Both the position numbers and the translations under genes were made by a program. This document shows positions 1 to 8,810 of a DNA stretch of 64,000 nucleotides, piece by piece. How positions within the stretch are numbered: position 1 is the first letter of the stretch; every line of letters starts with the position of its first letter. The notes under the pieces were generated by a model. The model searched no databases, was not told the origin of the DNA, and was given only the letters and a program-made list of their open reading frames with translations. Origin of the DNA: a virus; the IMG/VR virus record IMGVR_UViG_3300032289_001838, positions 1 to 64,000 of that record; one strand, given 5' to 3'.

Positions 1-2410
1 GTACCACTACTACCGCTTGTACCACTACTACCGCTTGTACCACTACTACCGCTTGTACCACTTGTGCCACTGCTTCCGCTTGTGCCACTACTACCATTAG
101 ATCCGCTTAAACCGCTACTACCACTGCTTCCGATTGTGCCACTACTACCATTAGATCCGCTTAAACCGCTACTACCACTGCTTCCGCTTGTGCCACTACT
201 ACCACTTGTGCCGCTACTACCATTTATACCTGAAGATCCGCTGCTTCCGTTGATTCCACTTGTGCCACTATTTCCACTTGTACCACTACTTCCACTTGTA
301 CCACTACTTCCGCTTGTACCACTGCTACCATTTGTACCACTGCTACCATTTGTACCGCTACTTCCGTTCGTACCACTGCTACCGTTGGTACCGCTTAAAC
401 CACTACTACCACTTGATCCAGAAGATCCGCTACTTCCTCTTGTACCGCTACTACCACTGGTGCCTAAAGATCCACTGGTCCCACTTGATCCGGTTAGTCC
501 ACTGATACCGGATGAACCAATTCCGCTTGTGCCACTACTACCGCCTGTTCCACTGGAACCATTGGATCCACTTAATCCACTGCTACCATGTGAACTACTT
601 GTTCCTGATGTTGTAGTCGTTCCACTTGTACCACTACTACCGCTACTTCCACTACTTCCACTTGTACCGCTACTTCCACTACTACCACTTGTGCCGCTAC
701 TACCACTTGTGCCGCTACTACCACTTGTGCCGCTACTACCATTGGATCCGCTTAATCCGCTGCTACCGCTACTTCCACTTGTACCACTACTTCCACTGAT
801 ACCGCTACTTCCACTGCTACCGCTACTTCCACTACTACCACTACTACCGCTACTTCCACTGCTACCGCTACTACCGCTTGTACCGATACTTCCATTGGTT
901 CCACTTAAACCGCTGCTACTGCTACTTCCACTTGTACCACTACTTCCACTTGTACCGCTACTTCCACTTGTACCACTACTACCATTGGATCCGCTTAATC
1001 CGCTGCTACCGCTACTTCCACTTGTACCACTACTACCATTGGATCCGCTTAATCCGCTGCTACCGCTACTTCCACTTGTACCGCTACTACCATTGGATCC
1101 GCTTAATCCGCTGCTACCGCTACTTCCACTTGTGCCGCTACTTCCACTTGTGCCGCTACTTCCGCTACTTCCGCTACTTCCGCTACTTCCGCTAGATCCG
1201 CTAGATCCGCTAGATCCGCTAGATCCGCTACTGCCGATACTACCGCTTGTACCACTACTTCCGCTAGATCCGCTGCTACCGCTACTTCCACTTGTGCCGC
1301 TACTTCCGCTACTTCCGCTAGATCCGCTAATTCCGCTACTGCCGATACCACCGCTTGTACCACTACTTCCACTTGTGCCGCTACTTCCGCTACTTCCGCT
1401 ACTTCCGCTACTTCCGCTACTTCCGCTACTTCCGCTAGATCCGCTGCTACCGCTACTTCCACTTGTGCCGCTACTTCCGCTACTTCCGCTAGATCCGCTA
1501 ATTCCGCTACTGCCGATACTACCGCTTGTACCACTACTTCCACTTGTACCGCTTGTACCACTACTTCCGCTAGATCCGCTAATTCCGCTACTTCCACTTG
1601 TGCCGCTACTTCCGCTACTTCCGCTACTTCCGCTACTTCCGCTACTTCCGCTACTTCCGCTACTGCCGATACTACCGCTTGTACCACTACTTCCGCTAGA
1701 TCCGCTAATTCCGCTACTGCCGATACTACCGCTTGTACCACTACTTCCGCTAGATCCGCTAATTCCGCTACTGCCGATACTACCGCTTGTACCACTACTT
1801 CCGCTAGATCCGCTACTGCCGATACTACCGCTTGTACCACTACTTCCACTTGTACCACTACTTCCACTTGTACCGCTACTACTGGCTATACCGCTGCTTC
1901 CAGATGAACCACTGGATCCACTTGATCCACTTGTACCGCTGCTACCATTGGTACCACTACTACCGTTAGTACCGCTAGAGCCGGCTGATCCACTGCTTCC
2001 ACTACTTCCACTACTACCACTTGATCCACTGCTTCCACTACTACCACTTGATTCACTAGATCCGCTTGTTCCAGTTGATCCATTTGTTCCAGCTGATCCA
2101 CTGCTACCGCTTGTACCGCCTCTTCCAGAACTTCCTCTTGTTCCTGTACTTCCGGACGTTCCAGATGATCCACTGGTACCACTACTACCACTTGATTCGC
2201 TAATTCCACTTGTTCCACTTGTACCACTACTACCGTTTGTACCACTTGTACCATATGTACCACTTACGCCGGATGTACCAATTTGACCACTTGATCCGCT
2301 TGAACCGGAAAATCCAGATGTACCAGATGAGCCAGCTGAACCAGATGTACCTGAAGTTCCATCGGATCCTGAGATTCCACTGGTACCATTTTGTCCGTTT
2401 GTTCCACTTT
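1..2410. repeat. Degenerate 9-bp tandem repeat (accactact/tccgctact/accacttgt) encoding Gly-X-Y
   Basis: Period-9 repeat is directly visible, with longer recurring blocks between about 700 and 1870. Confidence 0.95.
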
Positions 2411-2804
2411 GACTTGGAGCGGGAGATGATCCAACTACGATTGCGTAACCACATTGGGGATTGCTAAACGTTAGTATACATGTATTGTTATTAACCAACT
2501 CTATATTTTCAGGTATAATCTGATTAAAATCATCATCGTATGCTTGTACTACGACTACGGCTGAGTCTAAATTATGATTAAAGGTCCAAACAGATGTAGG
2601 ATTATCACACGGAAATGCTTTATATACGCCAGATGAAGTACCTGAAGATTTACAAGATATCTCTAATTGAAGTGCCTCGATTATTTTAAGAAATGGCTTT
2701 AAACTGGCATCTTGTATACCAGATCTAGCTTTTTTATAATCCTTAATTGCGTTGGTTAACAAACACGCACTTGGTGGACATATATTATGATTACAACTCG
2801 ACAT
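1..2804 (-). CDS. Collagen-like (Gly-X-Y, Ser/Thr-rich) virion fibre protein; 3' end outside the window
   Basis: Not in the ORF track because it has no stop in the window. ATG at 2804 (MSSCNHNICPPSACLLTNAIKDY...), then a WTFNHNL..VVVQAYDD..QIIP..TFS..GYA small beta domain, then about 800 aa of GTS/GSS/GLS/GIS triplets open to position 1. TATTTATA lies 4 nt upstream. Confidence 0.9.
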   Translation of the reverse strand, partial: MSSCNHNICPPSACLLTNAIKDYKKARSGIQDASLKPFLKIIEALQLEISCKSSGTSSGVYKAFPCDNPTSVWTFNHNLDSAVVVVQAYDDDFNQIIPENIELVNNNTCILTFSNPQCGYAIVVGSSPAPSQSGTNGQNGTSGISGSDGTSGTSGSAGSSGTSGFSGSSGSSGQIGTSGVSGTYGTSGTNGSSGTSGTSGISESSGSSGTSGSSGTSGSTGTRGSSGRGGTSGSSGSAGTNGSTGTSGSSESSGSSGSSGSSGSSGSSGSSGSAGSSGTNGSSGTNGSSGTSGSSGSSGSSGSSGIASSSGTSGSSGTSGSSGTSGSIGSSGSSGSSGTSGSIGSSGISGSSGSSGTSGSIGSSGISGSSGSSGTSGSIGSSGSSGSSGSSGSSGSSGSSGTSGSSGISGSSGSSGTSGTSGSSGTSGSIGSSGISGSSGSSGSSGTSGSSGSSGSSGSSGSSGSSGSSGSSGSSGTSGSSGTSGGIGSSGISGSSGSSGSSGTSGSSGSSGSSGSSGTSGSIGSSGSSGSSGSSGSSGSSGSSGSSGSSGTSGSSGTSGSSGSSGLSGSNGSSGTSGSSGSSGLSGSNGSSGTSGSSGSSGLSGSNGSSGTSGSSGTSGSSGTSGSSSSSGLSGTNGSIGTSGSSGSSGSSGSSGSSGSSGSSGSSGISGSSGTSGSSGSSGLSGSNGSSGTSGSSGTSGSSGTSGSSGSSGTSGSSGSSGSSGTSGTTTTSGTSSSHGSSGLSGSNGSSGTGGSSGTSGIGSSGISGLTGSSGTSGSLGTSGSSGTRGSSGSSGSSGSSGLSGTNGSSGTNGSSGTNGSSGTNGSSGTSGSSGTSGSSGTSGNSGTSGINGSSGSSGINGSSGTSGSSGTSGSSGSSGLSGSNGSSGTIGSSGSSGLSGSNGSSGTSGSSGTSGTSGSSGTSGSSGTSGSSG

Positions 2805-2808
2805 TTGT

Positions 2809-2816
2809 TATAAATA
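2809..2816 (-). promoter_or_regulatory. Putative late promoter TATTTATA
   Basis: TATTTATA-N4-ATG on the coding strand; the motif recurs before many structural genes. Confidence 0.65.
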
Positions 2817-2868
2817 TAAGAGAATTACTGTTTAAAAAAACATTATATTTTATATATATCAATAACGA

Positions 2869-4272
2869 TTATGGATTAAATAGTGATATTGGAATTCTTC
2901 TCCATTGACCCGTGCTATAAATATAAAAATAACTACCATCATAACTCATCCATCCATCTTCTCCATAATCATTTGATTGATATGGCACTTGATGATAGAA
3001 TTTATCAGGAAATCTTTGAAATATTCTAAAAGCGGTATTTATAGGTCTTTTATTAGCTGTAGTATATATAGGATTGCCATTGCAATCATATCCGCTTATA
3101 TATGTTTGACTACTATAGTCATAATCAAATGTTGATATTTCTCTTTTTAACCACCCAGCGGGATATTGATATACGTAGATATATTTACTATCATAAGCTA
3201 ACCAACCATTTTCTCCATAATCAGTAATAGATTTTGGAGCCGGATGAAACATAGATTTAATAACATTTCCAGTTGGTATTTTATTATAACCGTCGAGATT
3301 TGTTACCGTATTTGGTTTTAATTCCATTGTTCCCTGACCAGTTACATCAACGTAGTCAGATGGTTTATCTTTAAGATTACTATTATCTTGATTTTGGACG
3401 GATTGTATGTTATGAGTAATAGATGCCATTTCAGAAGCACTCGCTACTGCATTTTCTTGCGTTACTATTTTTCTAACTGTAAACAATTTCTGAGTAGTAT
3501 TTTTGATACCATCCATGCTTGTGCTATAATTTTCATTGAGTAGATAAGCATTAACATTTAAATCAAATGTAGTTTTAACGTTACGATCTTCTCCTTCATT
3601 TACTTCTTGTTCGACGCTATAGCTATCAATTCTAGCTCTAAACTTAAATCTTTCACGATCTCCCCAATAATCTTTAACCGCGTAATTAATTTGTTCAATT
3701 AATTTATTGTTTTGATCCACATAATCAGTCCAAATAATACATTCGTATGTTACAACAACGTGAGTTGGCAAACTTACACTGAATATTTGTTTAGTTGGTT
3801 TGCTAGGAAATGATCCTTTATTTAACAAATCGAATCTATCGTATTTATTCTTTTGAGAATAATTCATGATAGTTTCATAGTTTAAATAACGATTGAATGT
3901 CATTAAATCCTTATTATTCTCCACACTTTTTCTACGAATCATAAAAGCTGGCAACAATATTTTTCCTTGATTATCTCTGATATGACCGTACTTTTTGACA
4001 GCAAACCATCTTTCTGGACTTCCATAAATAATAGGCACTTTAACAACTTCGCCATTATCGGATACTTGTAACTTTAATTGATCGGATAAAGTTGACATGA
4101 TAGCTGTATCAACGTCCAATAAAGTGATAGTTACATTTTTTTCTTTATCTGTATCACGGCGAACAGCATTAGCTCTATTATAATACTTTTTGACATCCGA
4201 TTGATTTGCATTTTTCTCAATTGGATTTGGAGCTTGGTTTGGATTTGCTATATTATTTGGTCCCCATGCCAT
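2869..4272 (-). CDS. Tail terminator / sheath stabiliser (T4 gp15-like) with C-terminal duplicated GExGWxxYD module
   Basis: KVPIIYGSPERW motif; position downstream of the neck genes. Confidence 0.7.
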   Translation of the reverse strand: MAWGPNNIANPNQAPNPIEKNANQSDVKKYYNRANAVRRDTDKEKNVTITLLDVDTAIMSTLSDQLKLQVSDNGEVVKVPIIYGSPERWFAVKKYGHIRDNQGKILLPAFMIRRKSVENNKDLMTFNRYLNYETIMNYSQKNKYDRFDLLNKGSFPSKPTKQIFSVSLPTHVVVTYECIIWTDYVDQNNKLIEQINYAVKDYWGDRERFKFRARIDSYSVEQEVNEGEDRNVKTTFDLNVNAYLLNENYSTSMDGIKNTTQKLFTVRKIVTQENAVASASEMASITHNIQSVQNQDNSNLKDKPSDYVDVTGQGTMELKPNTVTNLDGYNKIPTGNVIKSMFHPAPKSITDYGENGWLAYDSKYIYVYQYPAGWLKREISTFDYDYSSQTYISGYDCNGNPIYTTANKRPINTAFRIFQRFPDKFYHQVPYQSNDYGEDGWMSYDGSYFYIYSTGQWRRIPISLFNP

Positions 4273-4275
4273 AAA

Positions 4276-4848
4276 TTATGTTTGTCTTTCTACCAGATTT
4301 AGTTTACTTAGTCTTGTATAGTGAGTATTAACAATTAAACTCCAAGACTTATCAGGATGACCGCCTAAAAATTGTTCTTGTACAACATTATCGATTTCAT
4401 AATAACGTTCATTATAAAGTACCAAATCTCCAATTTCTGGAAAAAAGTTCGTAATAATACAGTCACGTTCTCTGAATCTATAAACAATGTCTTGTTTTCT
4501 ATCCGGACCATATCCTTGTGACCCATCTGCGGATATATCTTCACGTTGAATCAAAGCGGACATATTAATGCCTGGATAAAATATTTTGCCTTTTTCACTA
4601 CTACTTTCTCCGTAGATATTAACCACAGTTTCATAAGTAGCAATTTTGAATAACTGCACGACGTTTTCAATGATATCTCCAACCAATTCAGCGTTAACAG
4701 ATCCCAATAAATTTATATCTCTTGGAGAAAAATATCTACCAGGAGAATAGTTGTTGTTATATATACCAACGTCCTTTCTTCCATTTGTCCAATACTGAGG
4801 AAAAGATGGGTTTTGTTTTGGATATTGTGGTGTGGTTGGGGCTGCCAT
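4276..4848 (-). CDS. Neck / head-closure protein (T4 gp14-like)
   Basis: NIYGES and FPEIGDLVLYNERYYEIDNV motifs; synteny with the gp13-like and gp15-like genes. Confidence 0.65.
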   Translation of the reverse strand: MAAPTTPQYPKQNPSFPQYWTNGRKDVGIYNNNYSPGRYFSPRDINLLGSVNAELVGDIIENVVQLFKIATYETVVNIYGESSSEKGKIFYPGINMSALIQREDISADGSQGYGPDRKQDIVYRFRERDCIITNFFPEIGDLVLYNERYYEIDNVVQEQFLGGHPDKSWSLIVNTHYTRLSKLNLVERQT

Positions 4849-4851
4849 AAA

Positions 4852-6075
4852 TTATCCAATATAAATATGCAAAGGTACGCGAGATAACATTTTTTGCATC
4901 TCGTCGCTTTCCTTACCTTTATTTTCCAATTGATTTACACGTAACGTCTTCTCCAACATATCTCTTAATTTTTCAAGCAGTGTATCCTTTTCTTCTTTAG
5001 CTTCGGCACGTAATTCCGCACCATCAAGAGTTACTTCTCCGCCAGGTATTGGTACGGTAGTATATTTTTGAAGAATACGACCCAAAGTTTCTTTACATAA
5101 CGCTAGAAAATACTTTTTAATCCATTGTTTACCCGGTTGATTTATTTTGCAATATGTACAATATTCATATGGTACATCACTTGGATCGCTTATATATTGA
5201 TAACGAGAACCACTGAAGAAATTTGTAATATCACGTTCACTTTCAACGATATAGTCGATATAAAGTTTAAAAGTATCGGTTGGAATAGGAAATATTCTCA
5301 ACTTATTATTGCCAAGAATTTCAAAACTATAGCTACTCTTACGAACCATGTCGTTAAATTCAATAGCTTGTACACGTTCCAAATCTTCGAATATAGGAGT
5401 CATCAAGAACTGAGTTGCTGGACTATATGCACTAAATCCCATTTCACTCAATACGTTACTGTAACTCATACCTGTCATACTAAATGGGTCATAAATACGA
5501 GCGATTGCTGGAGGACGTTGATGGAAAACTCTTTTAACTTCAATACGAGAACCTGTTAAATGTTCGATATCTTTTCCAATCAAAATATTCAAATCGTAAA
5601 CTTGATTTGTGTGAGCTGGATTTGCGCTGCCTGTTATACTAATATAGTTTCTTTTTACTTCATATTCACCACCTACAAGAGCTTCTGCTCCATATTGTTT
5701 ACTTAATTGTACAACAAATGGTAATCCGGTACTCTTCATACCTAAACCGGTTAAATTATCATATTTTGATTGTGGTAAACCCTGTAAAGAAACAAGATTG
5801 TTTACAATGTTAAATTCGTTGATTACGCGATTATATTCAAGAACGGATTCTTCAAAACAGGCGTAGAAATTAACATCGATCATTTCAATGTCGATGATAG
5901 GATATCCTAGACGTTTTGCAGCCCACATCGCGCTGCTACTACAATCATTTTCAAATGTGGTTTCTCCGCCACTACACGTTTCGTCCAGATAATAACCAAA
6001 TGGTACACTTCCAGTGGTAACACTGCTACCACTTCCAGGCCATCTTACCCGATCAGCATCTAAATTAGCACTCAT
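4852..6075 (-). CDS. Neck / head-tail adaptor (T4 gp13-like)
   Basis: KRLGYPIIDIEM at the N-terminus; WIKKYFLALCKETLGRIL.KY..PIPGGEVTLDG at the C-terminus. Confidence 0.85.
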   Translation of the reverse strand: MSANLDADRVRWPGSGSSVTTGSVPFGYYLDETCSGGETTFENDCSSSAMWAAKRLGYPIIDIEMIDVNFYACFEESVLEYNRVINEFNIVNNLVSLQGLPQSKYDNLTGLGMKSTGLPFVVQLSKQYGAEALVGGEYEVKRNYISITGSANPAHTNQVYDLNILIGKDIEHLTGSRIEVKRVFHQRPPAIARIYDPFSMTGMSYSNVLSEMGFSAYSPATQFLMTPIFEDLERVQAIEFNDMVRKSSYSFEILGNNKLRIFPIPTDTFKLYIDYIVESERDITNFFSGSRYQYISDPSDVPYEYCTYCKINQPGKQWIKKYFLALCKETLGRILQKYTTVPIPGGEVTLDGAELRAEAKEEKDTLLEKLRDMLEKTLRVNQLENKGKESDEMQKMLSRVPLHIYIG

Positions 6076-6079
6076 TAAT

Positions 6080-6087
6080 TATAAATA
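6080..6087 (-). promoter_or_regulatory. Putative late promoter TATTTATA
   Basis: TATTTATA-N4-ATG (6075). Confidence 0.65.
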
Positions 6088-6114
6088 TCTCAAACGTGAG
6101 ATAATACAACTAAA

Positions 6115-7266
6115 TTAGTGGATTAATAACCAAGTACCTACTACATCCGCTCTGTTTGCGCTTTCGTCACCATCGCCTGGTTTAACTATAACATTCCACT
6201 TTGGTTCTTTTCCAGCTGGAATTACTTTCATTTCGTCATAGGTAATGATACTATCTTTTGGAACTCCATATTTTGCGGATAATTTATCTTTCAATGTATC
6301 TATAGCCTCAGGAGATTTAAATTGAATTTTACCGTCCTGATCTTTTATTAGTTTACCCTTTGCATCTTTCAAAATCAAATCGGTAAACATTGGCTTTGGA
6401 ACTACAGTAGAATGTTTAGTGCTCTTTGGTTGGATTTGTTTTTCTTGGTCCGGAGTAGCACCCATACTAAAATTCATCTTGAAATTATTAGGTTTGTTTC
6501 CAGTTGCTACGCCTGCCATTTTTGTATACGCATAAAAATCAACTTGAGGAAACTTTCTAGCAACACTATAAGCTAAATCAACATAATCCGGACTGAAAAA
6601 ATCACCTGCATCATGCCATCTAACAACTACTTTAGCTCCTTTTTTAGCAAACTTATCCACTTCGGTTTGTATTTCAGATTCTAACTTTGCTTTAAATCCC
6701 TGTGGATCGTTCAACAAAAAGTTTAACACTTTGGTTTGTGACATCGAACTTGCTTTCCATTGCACATACCCACCTTTTTTAGCATAACAATATACTTTAC
6801 AAGCACCTGCTCCGGGACACGTATCCACTACAATAAAATCACCGGTTTTTTCATTTACAGCCAATCCTTTTAATGCTGGTAAACCTATATTATAATATTG
6901 TGCAGTTTCCCCACCGCTGTGTGTAATCTTTTCGTTTTGTTTTAATAACTTTGTAGGGCGAGTAATAATTGCTGCTTTTAATTTATCAAGATCAAACTTA
7001 CGGTCGTTTTCGTCTTTAATCTCAATATTACCTCTGTGTACATAAGGCATTGTATACTTATCTAATTTTGTCTTTTTGCCGTCAGCTGTTTTTGCAAGAT
7101 AAGCTTGCATTTCATCTGGACTCATTGTACGAGTCATGGCGCCCAACATATCAGCTTCGTCTAAACCAGAAGAATTGACAAATTGATCTAGGGTCATTAT
7201 ACTATCGGATGGCAATCCCATCCCCTCGTACATTTTAACTTCTGTTAATAAATCGATAAATTTCAT
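6115..7266 (-). CDS. GP88-family protein (radical-SAM-like Cys cluster)
   Basis: TCPGAGACKVYCYA, VRWHDAGDF and FYAYTK motifs typical of the phage 'gene product 88' family. Confidence 0.75.
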   Translation of the reverse strand: MKFIDLLTEVKMYEGMGLPSDSIMTLDQFVNSSGLDEADMLGAMTRTMSPDEMQAYLAKTADGKKTKLDKYTMPYVHRGNIEIKDENDRKFDLDKLKAAIITRPTKLLKQNEKITHSGGETAQYYNIGLPALKGLAVNEKTGDFIVVDTCPGAGACKVYCYAKKGGYVQWKASSMSQTKVLNFLLNDPQGFKAKLESEIQTEVDKFAKKGAKVVVRWHDAGDFFSPDYVDLAYSVARKFPQVDFYAYTKMAGVATGNKPNNFKMNFSMGATPDQEKQIQPKSTKHSTVVPKPMFTDLILKDAKGKLIKDQDGKIQFKSPEAIDTLKDKLSAKYGVPKDSIITYDEMKVIPAGKEPKWNVIVKPGDGDESANRADVVGTWLLIH

Positions 7267-7343
7267 ATGTGTTTTGTTATTCTTACTTTTAAATTATCCG
7301 TGCCTTTTATTACACGATAATATGTTTCTTTAGGTATAAATAT
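7263..7343 (-). pseudogene. Start-less remnant of a small conserved phage gene (IFIPKETYYRVIKGTDNLKVRITKHI*)
   Basis: 26 codons; the stop overlaps the next ATG (ATGA); no ATG before the upstream in-frame TAA. From memory it resembles the C-terminus of a small cupin-like phage protein. Confidence 0.45.
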
Positions 7344-7364
7344 TGATTTTATTATAAAATGTAA

Positions 7365-7372
7365 TATTTATA
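7365..7372 (+). promoter_or_regulatory. Putative late promoter TATTTATA (plus strand)
   Basis: TATTTATA-N4-ATG (7377). A divergent copy at 7335-7342 points towards the minus-strand gene. Confidence 0.65.
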
Positions 7373-7376
7373 TTAT

Positions 7377-8342
7377 ATGAACTACAAAAATCAACTTTTT
7401 TATTCCATCGTAATATTAATACTAACCGGTTGTATTTCCTCCGAAGTTAAATCCGCAAAACAAGTTACAGTGGCACAAGATGCGGTTGCTAAACAAGAAG
7501 CCAAATTAGACGATACAATGGTTGAATTGGAAAAAATAGAAAAAGGCAAACGAGTGCAAACATCGTCTTTATCTATAGGTATTCAACACTCTTTGAGTCA
7601 AGTAACAAATGCACCGGTACAAGTTGATACTGCTAAATCATTAAATGAACGTGTCATTTCTATAGTGGGTTCTCCGCATATAGATGAAATCAAACGTATC
7701 AAAGCTACCGTTGATTTATTGAATAGTCAAGTTGCTGAAGAAAGAAAGAAAGGCGATCAGTTGTTATCACAACGTGATGAAATTATAAATAAATTGCAAA
7801 AAGAAAAGTCTGCTTTAAAAGAAAGGTATGATGATGAACTCTGGCAAATGACCGATAAAGCAAAAGAAATTGCAAAAGAAGCAGATCAAAGCAAAGCTAC
7901 TCTTGATGCTATGAGTGGTATGTTTGGTCTTAACGCTGTATTTTGGGGATTAAAGAAGTTCTTTATTAGTGCAATGACCGCAATTATTATATTTGTTGTT
8001 GTATTCGTTTTGTTAAGAATATTGGCAAGTGTACATCCAGCAGCGGGTGCAGCATTTAGTATATTCAATATGATTGGTTCTGGATTATTAAGTTTGGTTA
8101 AAGCATTAACACCAAAAGCATTTGAATTGGCTAATTTTACTTCAAAAGACAAAGTTGATGAATTCAAGTCTCCACTTGTTAAAATAGTTGATGTAATTCA
8201 AGAACTAAAAGAAAAACAAAAAGAATCCCCAGACAAAATATATCCATTGAATGATGTATTGAAAAGATTTGATAAAGAAATGGATAGTTCTGAAAAAGAA
8301 TTGATTGATGATATTTTAAAAGAACAAAAATGGATTAAATAA
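7377..8342 (+). CDS. Lipoprotein with coiled coil and C-terminal transmembrane segments (possibly spanin-like)
   Basis: Signal peptide with lipobox LTGC (Cys19), long helical charged region, hydrophobic segments at about residues 180-245. Confidence 0.6.
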   Translation: MNYKNQLFYSIVILILTGCISSEVKSAKQVTVAQDAVAKQEAKLDDTMVELEKIEKGKRVQTSSLSIGIQHSLSQVTNAPVQVDTAKSLNERVISIVGSPHIDEIKRIKATVDLLNSQVAEERKKGDQLLSQRDEIINKLQKEKSALKERYDDELWQMTDKAKEIAKEADQSKATLDAMSGMFGLNAVFWGLKKFFISAMTAIIIFVVVFVLLRILASVHPAAGAAFSIFNMIGSGLLSLVKALTPKAFELANFTSKDKVDEFKSPLVKIVDVIQELKEKQKESPDKIYPLNDVLKRFDKEMDSSEKELIDDILKEQKWIK

Positions 8343-8417
8343 ATTAATATTAATATTTATTATATAATTGTTTTAGATTGTTAACTAGTGTTATGTGTTA
8401 ATAAACTAAATACGATT

Positions 8418-8795
8418 ATGGATACAAATACAGCACACGTAATATCTCAACAGGTACTAGAATCAACCGCACAAGATATGACAGGCAAATATGTCTGGAT
8501 GTTTGTAGCGGGGTTAGTAATTTTGATATTTAAATCAAGCATTGAAAAGTTAGCATCAGCGCTTTTCATGTTTATCGGAAGTGATTATAAAGAAGATGAC
8601 GTTGTATACATCGATGGTAAACCCGGCAGAATTGTACGCGTGGGTTTAACTAAAACAGTTTTTTTCATATATGATATAGTAGACGGTAAAGTTGCAGGTG
8701 GTAGTAAATTAGTTATTCAAAATGAAAGATTAGCAAGTCTAAATATAGAGAAACCTCTGCCCCAATTAGATTTGTCTCGTTTCAAAAAAGACTAA
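8418..8795 (+). CDS. Small membrane protein, MscS beta-domain-like
   Basis: One TM helix, then YKEDDVVYIDGKPGRIVRVGLTKTVF...LVIQNERL, matching the MscS middle-domain pattern. ATG at 8418 is preferred over GTG at 8388. Confidence 0.6.
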   Translation: MDTNTAHVISQQVLESTAQDMTGKYVWMFVAGLVILIFKSSIEKLASALFMFIGSDYKEDDVVYIDGKPGRIVRVGLTKTVFFIYDIVDGKVAGGSKLVIQNERLASLNIEKPLPQLDLSRFKKD

Positions 8796-8810
8796 TATAC
8801 TAATTAAACC

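Noticed and set aside
64-2286. 740-aa Pro/Leu-rich plus-strand ORF and the other repeat-region ORFs (260, 878, 1103, 1886, 2210, 2230)
   Set aside because: These are antisense or alternate-frame shadows of the Gly-X-Y collagen gene; the 9-bp repeat simply lacks stops in those frames.
1-2410. Possible CRISPR array or non-coding satellite
   Set aside because: No repeat-spacer structure. Variation is concentrated at synonymous positions of a Gly-X-Y frame.
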